Of a stretch of 64,000 nt of DNA, positions 9,601-20,421 are shown one piece after another. The position numbers were made by a program, and so were the translations under genes. The notes beneath the pieces are model-generated. The model saw nothing but the letters and a program-made list of their open reading frames with translations, was not told where the DNA came from and searched no databases. The DNA comes from an uncultured virus (IMG/VR IMGVR_UViG_3300027733_000053) (Duplodnaviria > Heunggongvirae > Uroviricota > Caudoviricetes > Crassvirales), in IMG/VR virus record IMGVR_UViG_3300027733_000053, one strand, 5' to 3'. The first letter of the stretch is position 1. The number at the start of each line of letters is the position of its first letter.

Positions 9601-12600
9601 TTATCGATTACTTAAGAACGATAATATGTAATCAAAGTTAACAGCGTTTATTTTATTGTAATTGTTTCCTGTGTAGCGGAACTTAGCCAACATTGTTCTA
9701 TCTCTCATTACATCCCCTTCAAACAAAGGTAATGCAGGAGGAATAATGTTAGGTGTGTTTGTGTCGCGCCATACTGCAGCATATTCATTGTTTTCTCTCT
9801 TCTCGAAATCAGACGCAATTAAATTAGTTAGCTGACCGTTAGGTGTTGTTATCTGATAAACTTCCCACGGACTGTTTGTTTCCTCAGAAATAGATTCAAG
9901 GATTTTAACGTTAGATGGAACTGCGTTTAAGTAAACCCAAAACTCAGAGTTGTATAGAACACCGTAGAATTTATTGTAGATAGGGTTTACATTGTGTACA
10001 TATAATCTTCCTTCTTTAAATGTTACAATACCACTATTGGCACTACACATTCCTTCAGGATGATAGCTATAGAATGTACTCCATTGATTAAATCTTTCAT
10101 TCCAAGCTAATGTTTCAGCAGGGATAATATTTTCAACACCAGCAATAACTTGAGCAAAAGCTATAACATATTCATTAAACTTGGTGTCGAAAACGCCATA
10201 AATCTGAGATTTCTGACCTGTTGCTACAATAGCCTTACATTTATCTGTAAAATAATTATGCATTGACCCTGTGTCAGAAATGACAGTAATTCCATCGTTA
10301 GCCAATCTCCACACAACACCTCTTAAAACATCAATACCATAATCGTTATCTCCGAAAACAGCGTGACTCTCAGGATTACGTCCTATACCGAACTCTCCTG
10401 CATAAGGGACTGCTTGTGGACTAAGTACTGCGTTAGATGTTCCAACGGCTGTGTTAAGCTGTAAATCGCCATAAATAATCCTATCTACAGGCACAAGACT
10501 TAGCTTTAACTCTTGCATCATTACAAGACCTGTATTCTTTACTCGGAATTTATAAATCCCTCCGTAACGTTGATCGTATGATTCGTAGTTTGAATCGTAA
10601 ACAGAACTTAATCCGTTTATATTTGTTTCCGCAATAAACAATTCAGAATAATAAACAGTACTCTGTCTTGTTACTCTTTTTATCTGAACATCAACAGTGT
10701 TTGGTCTACCAAACCCATCAGCATTAGATTTAAACAAATTACTTGCAGAAGATGCCTCTATGTAAGAATAAACACGGCACACTTGAGATGCAGTACTAAC
10801 AAAAGGCATATCGCAATATCTTCTAAAGCAATCTCCACTGTTAAATATATCCTCTGCAGCTTTCACTATTTTACACGCAACACTTGAAGCATAAGTTCCA
10901 AACATTGTATATGTTGCAGTGCTTATTGTTATTGATGTTGTAGTAGTTCCTGTCACAACACCATAAATACTAAATGCTCCAGTATTAGCTTTTACTTTTA
11001 CCTTGTCATTAGTATTAAATCCGTGACCAAGTGGAGCAGCTACCACCATAACATTCGTCCCCGAATTATATGATGTACTTGTACAAGATGAAATTAATTG
11101 ATTAGCAAGAGAACCATTATGAACCCAATTGCCATGAATGTCTGTACCCAATGTTCCTTCTTCAGCAACCTCATAAATCAATTCGTTATCATTGATAACA
11201 CTTGCAGCAGGATGATAAACTTCAAACAAGGCCCCACCTTTTAATGTAGTAGGAGTTGTTGGACTCATTCTCATTAACAATATTCCTGTAGAAGAATCGT
11301 AAGCGATAACTTCTTGGTCGTTAAACGGGAAGAAGGTGTCTAATGTTGATATTGCAGCAGGACTATATGGCGGAAGTGGAGTTGGATATGTTGGAGATGT
11401 TGTCCATGCCGCATTAGCAATAAATCTTACTCTATCCCCTACAGCATAATCGTAAACTAAAGTTGAGTTTGGATTTTCTGTTTTATATCTATCTGTAATA
11501 TTTAATAGTGAAATCTCTATGTACTTTGCATTTGCAGGAACAGACTCTAATGTTCTATCAGCATTAAGATAAGCAAAATCCTGTACAACAAATTGTATAT
11601 AATTTGATATTGCTTCATCCTTACTTCTTACTATTTGATAATGTGTTGCCCATGTAGGAGGTTCATTATAAATTTCTACATTAACTTGTGGCACATATTG
11701 CATTTGATCACCTAAAATACCAAACACTACATTGAAAGCCGCTCCTGTACCAGCTCCTGAAGAAACATCTTGAGAAACAGGATTTGATGGAGTAGCAGTA
11801 TATAATCCAGCTTGATTTATAGACGCAGATAATACACCAAATGATAGAGAAGTCAATACAAAGCTAGCTCCTCCTGCTGGAGATACAGATGTTTGATAAA
11901 GAGCAGCAGGAACTGTACCTGAGTAACTTCCTCTTGAGGATACTGTATAAGAAACAACTTCTCCAAAACCACCAACAGAATTAACAGTTACAATAGTTCC
12001 GCCATCTAAAGTTATTACATCAGATGCACTATATCCAGCTCCTGAAAAAAAGAAAGACGAGGATGCAAATTGTACAGAATCAACATTTAAAATTGCAGGA
12101 GATGTAAATGTTCCTCCTGATAATGTTATTGTATCGCCTGGGAGATATCCTGAGCCATATGAAGTGGCATTTACAACAGCCGATGTTGCGCCAGAGTTAG
12201 TATAATATGATGGATTATATAAAGGGTCTGTAAGGAATGGAACATATAATGTTGTTCCAAATCTATCCTCAACAATATCTGTAGTTTTACCAACAACAAT
12301 ATTACTTAATCCACTTCTATTTCCTGGATTATCATAATAAACAATTCCATTTTTATAGATACCTCCCGACTTCAAATAAGAAGCGTTAGGGAACCATATA
12401 TTTGATGGAGCTGTTGGCTTAACATAAGACAAAGGAAGTCGCATATCAATAGCTACAGGGTCTTGATTCTCTGTAACCAATCCATCAACAATCCTTGTTC
12501 CTTCGATAAGCTCTTGTGCCTTAGAACGTAAAGGAACATTATCGTAAAGCTTATTGCTTTCCGTTGCTACTAAAGTTACATAATTCCCATCATTATAAAA

Positions 12601-13521
12601 TGGAAATTGATATGTTGAATCATTTGTTAAACCTAATGCTTCCTTAGACAAGTCAGCTATCAAAGAAAAATCTATACTGCCTAACTGTTGTGCTGCAATA
12701 CGAATCCTTGTAACGATACCACTTCCTGTTGGAACATCTATTGTAATTTTATTATCAGCGTAAATTAAATCTTCTCCTGTTCCTCCAAGGTTTGTTGTTA
12801 CAGGCCAAGCATAAGCACTAATAGGACTCCACGCACTTATCTCTTTGTCGTCATAAACAAACTGAACCTTAAACCTAAAAAATCTTTTATCAAGATGATT
12901 CACAAGCTGTGCAGGGTCATTGCTCCATACATAAGTAGGAGAAAATAACGGAGGTTGTTTTATTCTTGTAATGAATCTTGGCTCAAACGGTGACGGGTAA
13001 CCTAATGTATAGTTACCAGCAGAAAAGTATTTTGCCTTCTCTATGTTTAATTTCTTTGGCTCATTATAGTCATTACTATCATTTGGATTTTCGTAATTAT
13101 CCGTCCAATATAATAAATGATTATCCGAATCAAGTTCGATAACATTGATTCCTGTTATTAAATGATCAACGTCAAACTTTAAATAATAATCTGCAGGAAT
13201 TGCAGACTCTTGCAATACTAATGTTATTGTGTCGTTTAAATAATTGTACTCTAGTATTGTATGGTTGTTGGATGAATTATAAACAAAATAATAAACCTTT
13301 GAATATTTTACGTACTCCTTAGAGCCTATAACAACGTTATCTCCAGCAGGTAAAGTATAAGACACAACTTCATTTCCAAGGACTGTTTCAATAGCCCCTA
13401 TCTCATTGTTGTCTGATGCCAATACTCTTACATCAACACGCTTTGCAGCTTTCCCTTCACCGAACTTCTCCGCAGAAGTATCGCTATCCATACCACTCGT
13501 GAAAACAATTTTCTGTTGCAT
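9601..13521 (-). CDS. Tail nozzle/stabilization protein (crAss-like)
   Basis: 1306 aa; GMDSD N-terminus, LLYWTDN..EPKKLNI, FGIGRNPES, WSTFYSY motifs; follows the ring-protein genes. Confidence 0.75.
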   Translation of the reverse strand: MQQKIVFTSGMDSDTSAEKFGEGKAAKRVDVRVLASDNNEIGAIETVLGNEVVSYTLPAGDNVVIGSKEYVKYSKVYYFVYNSSNNHTILEYNYLNDTITLVLQESAIPADYYLKFDVDHLITGINVIELDSDNHLLYWTDNYENPNDSNDYNEPKKLNIEKAKYFSAGNYTLGYPSPFEPRFITRIKQPPLFSPTYVWSNDPAQLVNHLDKRFFRFKVQFVYDDKEISAWSPISAYAWPVTTNLGGTGEDLIYADNKITIDVPTGSGIVTRIRIAAQQLGSIDFSLIADLSKEALGLTNDSTYQFPFYNDGNYVTLVATESNKLYDNVPLRSKAQELIEGTRIVDGLVTENQDPVAIDMRLPLSYVKPTAPSNIWFPNASYLKSGGIYKNGIVYYDNPGNRSGLSNIVVGKTTDIVEDRFGTTLYVPFLTDPLYNPSYYTNSGATSAVVNATSYGSGYLPGDTITLSGGTFTSPAILNVDSVQFASSSFFFSGAGYSASDVITLDGGTIVTVNSVGGFGEVVSYTVSSRGSYSGTVPAALYQTSVSPAGGASFVLTSLSFGVLSASINQAGLYTATPSNPVSQDVSSGAGTGAAFNVVFGILGDQMQYVPQVNVEIYNEPPTWATHYQIVRSKDEAISNYIQFVVQDFAYLNADRTLESVPANAKYIEISLLNITDRYKTENPNSTLVYDYAVGDRVRFIANAAWTTSPTYPTPLPPYSPAAISTLDTFFPFNDQEVIAYDSSTGILLMRMSPTTPTTLKGGALFEVYHPAASVINDNELIYEVAEEGTLGTDIHGNWVHNGSLANQLISSCTSTSYNSGTNVMVVAAPLGHGFNTNDKVKVKANTGAFSIYGVVTGTTTTSITISTATYTMFGTYASSVACKIVKAAEDIFNSGDCFRRYCDMPFVSTASQVCRVYSYIEASSASNLFKSNADGFGRPNTVDVQIKRVTRQSTVYYSELFIAETNINGLSSVYDSNYESYDQRYGGIYKFRVKNTGLVMMQELKLSLVPVDRIIYGDLQLNTAVGTSNAVLSPQAVPYAGEFGIGRNPESHAVFGDNDYGIDVLRGVVWRLANDGITVISDTGSMHNYFTDKCKAIVATGQKSQIYGVFDTKFNEYVIAFAQVIAGVENIIPAETLAWNERFNQWSTFYSYHPEGMCSANSGIVTFKEGRLYVHNVNPIYNKFYGVLYNSEFWVYLNAVPSNVKILESISEETNSPWEVYQITTPNGQLTNLIASDFEKRENNEYAAVWRDTNTPNIIPPALPLFEGDVMRDRTMLAKFRYTGNNYNKINAVNFDYILSFLSNR

Positions 13522-13527
13522 ATTATT

Positions 13528-14313
13528 TTACCATTTAACGGATGCTTGATTACCTGTTCTAAATGCAGTTAACCATTCCTCTGAAGTTCTTGAATTAAAT
13601 CTTATGCGTGATGTTCTTTCCGCCTTTTGGAAGTCTATCATTGCCATTTGCTTTTCATTACCATTACGGTTTCTGTCTCTTGCAATAAGCTTCCAATAAA
13701 TATAATTCTTTACAGTATCGATTAGAAAAGGATGAACAATAAAGTCTCCCTCTGCCGCATCAATATCTGCTAAATATTCTAATACTACTTCTTTTGTTCC
13801 GCTCGGTAAACTTCCGAATAATATCTGACCATTGTTAAGGTCGAAACGATAATATCCATTAGCGTTGTTACCACCACCGATTCCGAAGAAACGTCCTAAC
13901 ATCTCACCGTTTCTGATGTTGTCATCAAGATAATCTGATGACCACCAGATACCTGCGATTGTTGTCGCTTGTGATGTAACGTATCTTGTACCGCTATTAT
14001 TTGTGTCTGCAGGATTTCCACAGGCATCATATGTTTTATCTAAACATAAATTGTCATTACGACCTAAGCTGTGAAGCTGTCCATCCTTACCACACAAAGC
14101 AATTCTTGTATAGTTTAAATAATCAGAAGGCAAATCTGCAGTATCATTATCATTAACAGTTAAGTTAACAACCTTTGGAATACCCGATAAGTCCATATTT
14201 TGCTCACGTAAACAAGCTGTACCTAGCTGATAAAGTCTTGCAAATTTATTAGCAGACCCTTCACCAACTTCTATTAGAAGCTCGTTTACAATATTTGATA
14301 GAGTGTAACTCAT
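13528..14313 (-). CDS. Tail ring/structural protein
   Basis: LPSDYLNYTRI motif, synteny. Confidence 0.65.
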   Translation of the reverse strand: MSYTLSNIVNELLIEVGEGSANKFARLYQLGTACLREQNMDLSGIPKVVNLTVNDNDTADLPSDYLNYTRIALCGKDGQLHSLGRNDNLCLDKTYDACGNPADTNNSGTRYVTSQATTIAGIWWSSDYLDDNIRNGEMLGRFFGIGGGNNANGYYRFDLNNGQILFGSLPSGTKEVVLEYLADIDAAEGDFIVHPFLIDTVKNYIYWKLIARDRNRNGNEKQMAMIDFQKAERTSRIRFNSRTSEEWLTAFRTGNQASVKW

Positions 14314-14906
14314 TATACGATTACTTTTTCTTCTTGCGGTTTACGTGAAGCGAATTTCGCTACAACCATATTCACGATGTTGTCTACTGTAGATCGAGGA
14401 ATGTTTAATTCTTCATCCACATCAGTGTTGTCTAAAGCTATTGCAAGCTTAAGCATTATGTTTCCGTTAGTAATTGATGTCATCTTCGGGAAATACATTT
14501 GTGTACCTTCCACGAAATATGTTTGTGAACCACCTAAGACACTTGACTTAAGACCCGACCACATGCTGACACTTCCTGAACCTAACATTATAAATTCTTT
14601 TGTTTGTCCTAATAAAAACCCCACATAATTGATTCCTCTTTGAGATGGTAATCGTAAGTATGAGCTTGGGATTTCTATGTAGTACATGTTTGTTGCTGTG
14701 TCTAAGACAGGAGACAAAGAACCATCTTTTCCCATTGTAGAGATAAATGCTCCGTCAACTTCATACGAGCCATCTTGAATGTTCTCGTACCATTCTTTTT
14801 TTACAGCAGATGAGTAAGCATCAATCACTGAAGCGAGGATAGGTTGAATATCTCCCGCGCCAAGTATGTACTTTATCTGTTCACTAATTTTATTTAATGA
14901 TGTCAT
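14313..14906 (-). CDS. Tail ring/structural protein
   Basis: Synteny, coupled to neighbours. Confidence 0.55.
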   Translation of the reverse strand: MTSLNKISEQIKYILGAGDIQPILASVIDAYSSAVKKEWYENIQDGSYEVDGAFISTMGKDGSLSPVLDTATNMYYIEIPSSYLRLPSQRGINYVGFLLGQTKEFIMLGSGSVSMWSGLKSSVLGGSQTYFVEGTQMYFPKMTSITNGNIMLKLAIALDNTDVDEELNIPRSTVDNIVNMVVAKFASRKPQEEKVIV

Positions 14907-15568
14907 TATAATAATGAATTAGTTTGTTTCATATATTCCTGAGCGAATTGTTCTAACTCAGAGTCACGTAAGTTAACACCTTGAAGAGAAAGAAACACTG
15001 CAGCTACTGCATTAGTGCTATAATCTTGAAACTCAAAGTTAACTGACGTTAATGGATCGTATACAGGTCTTCCACTAACAATAGTGTACCCCCAAATAGG
15101 TTGCACAGGAGTCTTAAAGTAATCTATCTCTATAATACCTATGTTACGAGGAAGGAAGCGAACTGTGCTACTAAACTCGTTGTACTTAGGAAACCTTAAT
15201 GTAGGCTCTCTTAAAGACGATGCTTGTATGAATCCCCACTCAACTTCTTTTATCTCTTCGATTTGTATCATACGTCCAACTCCTTTAGGGTTAACATAGT
15301 ACTTCCTAAGGGCTGTTAAATGTTGATAGTCTGAAGGGTATGGCAACACTCCTGTTAATGGAACAGCTGTTGTTTGTTGTTTAAGGTAAATCCTTAACAA
15401 CTCACTAACCTCTTCTGTAGCCAAAAATGTTTGATAATCCTTTTCGTATACCTGCATCAATGATTGAAAACAAAGTTGATTAAATTGTGATGGGGATATT
15501 ACTCCCCCAACTTGAACCTTGTTAGATAGAAATTCAGTGTAAGTCTTAAAGCTATTTATGTTTACCAT
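14906..15568 (-). CDS. Tail ring/adaptor protein
   Basis: ISPSQFN..Q, PSDYQHL, P.WGY motifs typical of crAss-like ring proteins. Confidence 0.65.
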   Translation of the reverse strand: MVNINSFKTYTEFLSNKVQVGGVISPSQFNQLCFQSLMQVYEKDYQTFLATEEVSELLRIYLKQQTTAVPLTGVLPYPSDYQHLTALRKYYVNPKGVGRMIQIEEIKEVEWGFIQASSLREPTLRFPKYNEFSSTVRFLPRNIGIIEIDYFKTPVQPIWGYTIVSGRPVYDPLTSVNFEFQDYSTNAVAAVFLSLQGVNLRDSELEQFAQEYMKQTNSLL

Positions 15569-15583
15569 TTAATGTAATATTTA

Positions 15584-17140
15584 TTAACCAATTAACACTG
15601 CTCTCCATAAAATTGCAGTCTCTTGAGCTGGGAAATTAAAAGTCATAGTTATATCACCAGTTACAGAGTCAACTACGATTTCAACAGTATCAGTGGTATT
15701 TAGTATCCACTCAGTATATGGCACTTTTTGACTCTCAGCCCACAACTGTATATGAAAATCAGTTTTAGGTTGAGCAGAAGTTCCTGTTCCTAAATAACCA
15801 TTAATAAATCCACTACCACAAGCAGCTACTATTTCTGCATAAGTAATAATTTCAGATGTGGAATCACCAGAATTGTAAAATTGTTTAGTGTACTTAATTA
15901 AAGCAGGAGCAGGTGCATCTGCCGACACTACATAATTAGTAACTCCAGCAACAGTTGCTCCAGGAGTAACAGTAATGCCACTTCCAGCACTTACCGTTGT
16001 GCGTAATCCGTTTATAGTATATGTTCTAATAATCCCTATAATACCGCTGTCAGTAACTGTAATGTTGTTACCTGCTACAACTTCTGTATTGTAAAGACTA
16101 TTTATTGCCGTAAGAATGGCAGAACTAAAAGATATTGTGTAGGTAGTTGTTGAACCAACTGTTACAGGGGTTACTGTAATTGGCTCTCCAGCACTATCAA
16201 CAACAACATTGTTAATTAGTCCGCCTAATCCTGTCACTAATGAAGGAGTTGTTCCACAAGAACAATCATCCGTACAATGAGCTAAAGATTTTATTAAGTT
16301 TAAATATCCTGAGATATCAGCTCCTTTGTTGCAGCTTCTCGCTAAAGAAACAAGACCAACTAAGCTCATTATCTGAGTAAACAAGTGTGTCAACTCTTCG
16401 TAACGTGTAACGTTAGTAGTCATCGCTGCACTCATTTGTTGCTCGATAGAACGGACACAACAGTAAATAGCGCAAGTGTCTGTACAATCAACTACAACCT
16501 CTTGTATTCCTGTAACAATATCGTAAACAATTAATCCATCAGGGAATACATATGTAAGAGTAGACTCAATTTCTGTTGTTTGTGTCCCGTTAGCAAATTG
16601 TGCAAACCCAACTGATATTACAGAACTGCTTCCAGATATAGCATGCAATCCTGATCCTACTGGGAAACTTAAAGAATGAAATTCAGTTATAGTAGGGATT
16701 ACATTGTTAACAGTGTAGTTTGTAATGTCTGTAGATGTAAACAATGGAGATATACAATCAACTGTTTGAGAAATACAAACCAAAGGACGAGTGTATTCGT
16801 ATGTGTAAGAGTTAGTTACAGAAGAATATGTTTCTAAATCGTTATCATAAACAGTGTAAACGATAGTATAAACTCCTGGCTCAGGGAATCCATTAGTGCC
16901 TAATGGCAATTGAATTATAGATTGATTCTGAGTGTCTACACTTACTTTAATATCACACCCAACATCTGAAAAGTCTGTGTTGTTATAAATAACTGTCCCA
17001 CTTGGAGAAGTAATATTAAAACAACCATTAACATTGATTAATGCAATACCTTGCCCTACATAATCTGATGTATCGATAAATAAAAATACCTTAGGGGTTG
17101 CTGTTAGGTTAAATTGTGTTGAAAAACTTATTGTTGCCAT
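15584..17140 (-). CDS. Structural protein (Thr-rich, Cys cluster)
   Basis: 518 aa beta-rich, in the morphogenesis block. Confidence 0.5.
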   Translation of the reverse strand: MATISFSTQFNLTATPKVFLFIDTSDYVGQGIALINVNGCFNITSPSGTVIYNNTDFSDVGCDIKVSVDTQNQSIIQLPLGTNGFPEPGVYTIVYTVYDNDLETYSSVTNSYTYEYTRPLVCISQTVDCISPLFTSTDITNYTVNNVIPTITEFHSLSFPVGSGLHAISGSSSVISVGFAQFANGTQTTEIESTLTYVFPDGLIVYDIVTGIQEVVVDCTDTCAIYCCVRSIEQQMSAAMTTNVTRYEELTHLFTQIMSLVGLVSLARSCNKGADISGYLNLIKSLAHCTDDCSCGTTPSLVTGLGGLINNVVVDSAGEPITVTPVTVGSTTTYTISFSSAILTAINSLYNTEVVAGNNITVTDSGIIGIIRTYTINGLRTTVSAGSGITVTPGATVAGVTNYVVSADAPAPALIKYTKQFYNSGDSTSEIITYAEIVAACGSGFINGYLGTGTSAQPKTDFHIQLWAESQKVPYTEWILNTTDTVEIVVDSVTGDITMTFNFPAQETAILWRAVLIG

Positions 17141-17165
17141 GTGGAAGTGGGGTGTATATTTTCAT

Positions 17166-17199
17166 CAAATATAATCACTTATTTAGAATGATTATAAAC
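17166..17199 (-). promoter_or_regulatory. Bacteroidota -7 promoter (TATATTTG) plus Fur/PerR-like box
   Basis: CAAATATA at 17166; ATTTAGAATGATTATAAAC at 17181. Confidence 0.7.
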
Positions 17200-17205
17200 T
17201 ACACA

Positions 17206-19260
17206 CTATTTTACCTCCTTACTCTCATTGCCTCTGTTGTCGTATTTCTTAAAAAATGTTATCGGTGTAACCTCTCTCTTTATTACAGTATAGGATTTTG
17301 ATGCAATGATTGCATACATAGCAGATACAGTTAAATCGTAGTCTGTCCAATCCTCAACATTAAACTTTGCAAGGTCGTTTAACGTATCATCAAACATGCA
17401 GTTACCCATCACATTTGTTGTGCTGCTTATCCCGATGTTCTGATAAACATATGACTGCATATGTTCTATAAGCATACGTCTGACACCGCTTTCAACAGAC
17501 CCTGTGTTAGGAATCCACTTCTCCTTTTGATTCTTCTCGGAATATTCAGAGTGAGTAAATGCAGGTCTATCCATTAGATAATGCTCGTATCCGCGATTAC
17601 GGAAGTGATTAATACATCCAGGCTTATTGCTCTCACCTAATATTTCCCATCCATAGAATACACACTGCATCAACATATCCTCATAAAAGATAGCAGGGTC
17701 AGATGGTCTCGCCCAATACTGACAAACAAATATGTTAGACATCTCAGGCTTAACAATGCTTAGCTTACGGAATCCGTGAGACGCAGCCTTAGACTTCTTG
17801 TTAGATGTCGTGTACTTATGGTCAATAGGGTCGGTAGAGAACACTCCTTCGTGTGTGTTAGCAGGAGCTTTCTGTCCGTATTTTATTGTTTGTTTATTCC
17901 TATCGTCTCCCTGTGGCATCCAATACACAAGCCACTTACCCATCTTATCAGGCTCCCAAACAACTTCTGTGTCACGCTTACCATCTCTCCAAACAAAATT
18001 ACCTTGCACTAAATGATTGCCCGTTATCCCTGTGTTGTGATCTAGCTGCTGATAAATCTTGTCTATATCAAAAGATGTTTTCTCATTCGCTGGATCTCTG
18101 AACATCTCATCCTCCGTGAATGGTCGCTGACGTATCTCTTCAAAGTAACCAACAATATCGCCTGACATTTGTTTTGCCTTACGTTCACTTTCATAGTAAG
18201 GCTTTGCTCCGATGTTTATCCACTCACCATCAATTCCCATTACAGGAGTTTCAGGAGTATCTATAACAGACATTCCATACTCATCAATGAACCCCTCAAT
18301 GCCATCGTATGCAGGGACAAAGTATCTCCACATCCCACTTCCTGTTCTTCCATTCTCTGTCATCTCTAAAATAGAAGACTTCTGCCATAAGGCATAAAAG
18401 TTTGCCCCTCCCTTTTTAGATTCATTGACCGTTGAACCAAAAAGTATTTTACCTATAATCCTTCTTCCAAGCGTCACGCATGTCTTTGCAATGTTGTACC
18501 ACTTCTCTACGTTAACCTCTTCCCACTTACCTGTTTCATCGGCTGCTAATATCTTAGTCTTGTAACCGTCATAGGAGTTTTCCTTTGTGTTCTTCCAATC
18601 GATGGTTGTCCCTAAACTCGTCTCCTTTACAGTGACACGATTTTTAAATGTAACCTTTTGCTGTGGAGTCTTAAACTCTAAAGATTTCTTTACATCCTCT
18701 GCAGACTTAACTACTGGCTTAAAGAATGAAGGGTACGAAAGGAATCCGTGAATAAGCTTTTTAAACATCTCCTCGGCATCTCCCCCTGTTTTTGATACAA
18801 TACCATAGTGAGAACTAAATGTCTTGCGAGCGCGGTTTAAAATGATGCTGTCAACCCTAAAAGAATATCCATCCCTTCGAAGCTTACCGTAACACTGTCC
18901 TATACACTCTTTATCATTGTCACATAAAAACCAATGGTAAAACCACCTTCTATCTCTATCTCTGTAGTCAGGATATCCTGAGTCAATCTTGAACCAATTA
19001 AGGTAATGATAGTGGTCTCCTGTTACGTAAGTAGGAATACCATTGTTAAAGAACCACATTCCTTCTGTACACTTCTTATCCTCCTCAAAGGCAAATGCCC
19101 CTTGGTCTTCCTCAGACATCTCATCCCAATTCTCAGGCAATATAGTACGCATCCACTTCTGACTCTTCTGAGGCAAATGATGCCCCATGATTTGTGTCTT
19201 AGGTGGTTGCTTAGGAAGAATAAATATCGACCCTTCGTATAACTCTACTTGGTTATCCAT
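17206..19260 (-). CDS. terL: Terminase large subunit
   Basis: KLRRDGYS Walker-A variant, ILAADETGKW Walker-B, nuclease DPID...D motifs. Confidence 0.9.
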   Translation of the reverse strand: MDNQVELYEGSIFILPKQPPKTQIMGHHLPQKSQKWMRTILPENWDEMSEEDQGAFAFEEDKKCTEGMWFFNNGIPTYVTGDHYHYLNWFKIDSGYPDYRDRDRRWFYHWFLCDNDKECIGQCYGKLRRDGYSFRVDSIILNRARKTFSSHYGIVSKTGGDAEEMFKKLIHGFLSYPSFFKPVVKSAEDVKKSLEFKTPQQKVTFKNRVTVKETSLGTTIDWKNTKENSYDGYKTKILAADETGKWEEVNVEKWYNIAKTCVTLGRRIIGKILFGSTVNESKKGGANFYALWQKSSILEMTENGRTGSGMWRYFVPAYDGIEGFIDEYGMSVIDTPETPVMGIDGEWINIGAKPYYESERKAKQMSGDIVGYFEEIRQRPFTEDEMFRDPANEKTSFDIDKIYQQLDHNTGITGNHLVQGNFVWRDGKRDTEVVWEPDKMGKWLVYWMPQGDDRNKQTIKYGQKAPANTHEGVFSTDPIDHKYTTSNKKSKAASHGFRKLSIVKPEMSNIFVCQYWARPSDPAIFYEDMLMQCVFYGWEILGESNKPGCINHFRNRGYEHYLMDRPAFTHSEYSEKNQKEKWIPNTGSVESGVRRMLIEHMQSYVYQNIGISSTTNVMGNCMFDDTLNDLAKFNVEDWTDYDLTVSAMYAIIASKSYTVIKREVTPITFFKKYDNRGNESKEVK

Positions 19261-19672
19261 TTGCGTTCTTCAATGCTATCTGTTCAGCAAGTCCAATGTT
19301 CTTGTCCTTCAGCAGTTTCTCTGCCTTCTTTGCCTCATCAGGAGTTAACAGCTTGCGTAATTCATCAAGCTTCTTGCTTAAGTCTACAGACTCTAATAGG
19401 TACTTCCATGCACGATCAAACTCTTTCGAATCCTTATCGGCAAATAAGTCAATCTTTCCTGGGGTGATATTAACTTCCTCTAACACATCTCCCACAAAAA
19501 CTTTCACCTTTGTAGGTTCCTTGATAGTAAGCTGTTCGTTGAAGCTATCGATTTGCCCCTTTATCGTAACGTAGGTGTTGTAATATGGGCTTGATAGTAT
19601 ATTGGAAAGCTGAAGTTCCAAATGCTCGACATAGGCTAAAATAGCCTTGTCCTTTATTGTAGGTTTTTCCAT
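19253..19672 (-). CDS. Possible terminase small subunit
   Basis: Helical 139 aa, overlaps the terL start. Confidence 0.4.
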   Translation of the reverse strand: MEKPTIKDKAILAYVEHLELQLSNILSSPYYNTYVTIKGQIDSFNEQLTIKEPTKVKVFVGDVLEEVNITPGKIDLFADKDSKEFDRAWKYLLESVDLSKKLDELRKLLTPDEAKKAEKLLKDKNIGLAEQIALKNANG

Positions 19673-19693
19673 TATTTTAAATTAAACTGTACT

Positions 19694-19724
19694 AAAAAAG
19701 GGAGGGCTTTTATCTCCTCCCTTT
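19694..19724 (-). terminator. Intrinsic terminator
   Basis: AAAGGGAGG/CCTCCCTTT stem with U-tail on minus strand. Confidence 0.7.
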
Positions 19725-19757
19725 AACCTTTAAAACCAAAACTATAAACTATGAAAC

Positions 19758-20318
19758 TTATAGTGCGTTTATTGCTGTTTGCACAGCACTTGGAGTTTCT
19801 TCTGCGATAATGCTGAAGTTCTCTGTCCCTTTTGAATCGTACATAATCTCTGATCCAGCAGTGTTGATTGTAACTGCGTTTACCAATAAATTATTTATAT
19901 ATCTTGTTGCTCCTGTAGCAGCTACTGTTACTGAGAATAAGTTACCAGAAGCACTTTCAATAGCAGAACCGCCAGTAGATACTACCAATGAATCTGGATA
20001 TGCTTTTTTAGAATCGTATGTAACAACAGTGTTTGTAGCAAAGTCATCAACAAAGATAATTTTATCACCATGGATAAATAGTAATCCTCCTGTAGACTCT
20101 AAAGTAACAGCAAAAGTACGAGCAGCAGCAGTATTAATAGTAGCAGCTGATTGAGTAACAAGTCTAACAATAATGTTATCTCTGTTATCAGTGTATGTAA
20201 GCTCAACAACACCATCAGTGTTTGTCATAAAATAAATAATCTGATTTGCAGATAATTTAAAAGCTTCGCCAGTTTTATAGTCTGTTAAAGATATAGATTT
20301 TGATACTTGAACTGCCAT
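19758..20318 (-). CDS. Hypothetical protein with three short internal repeats
   Basis: 186 aa; own promoter and terminator. Confidence 0.6.
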   Translation of the reverse strand: MAVQVSKSISLTDYKTGEAFKLSANQIIYFMTNTDGVVELTYTDNRDNIIVRLVTQSAATINTAAARTFAVTLESTGGLLFIHGDKIIFVDDFATNTVVTYDSKKAYPDSLVVSTGGSAIESASGNLFSVTVAATGATRYINNLLVNAVTINTAGSEIMYDSKGTENFSIIAEETPSAVQTAINAL

Positions 20319-20344
20319 GAGTTTTTTAGATTTAGATTATAATA

Positions 20345-20378
20345 CAAATCTATTCATTAATTCAGTGTGATTATAAAT
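20345..20378 (-). promoter_or_regulatory. -7 promoter (TAGATTTG) plus degenerate Fur/PerR-like box
   Basis: Same 15-nt offset as the other copies; ATTCAGTGTGATTATAAAT. Confidence 0.55.
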
Positions 20379-20421
20379 AAAGATAAAAAAAAGCTAAAAA
20401 ATTAATTTAGGCTTCTTTATT

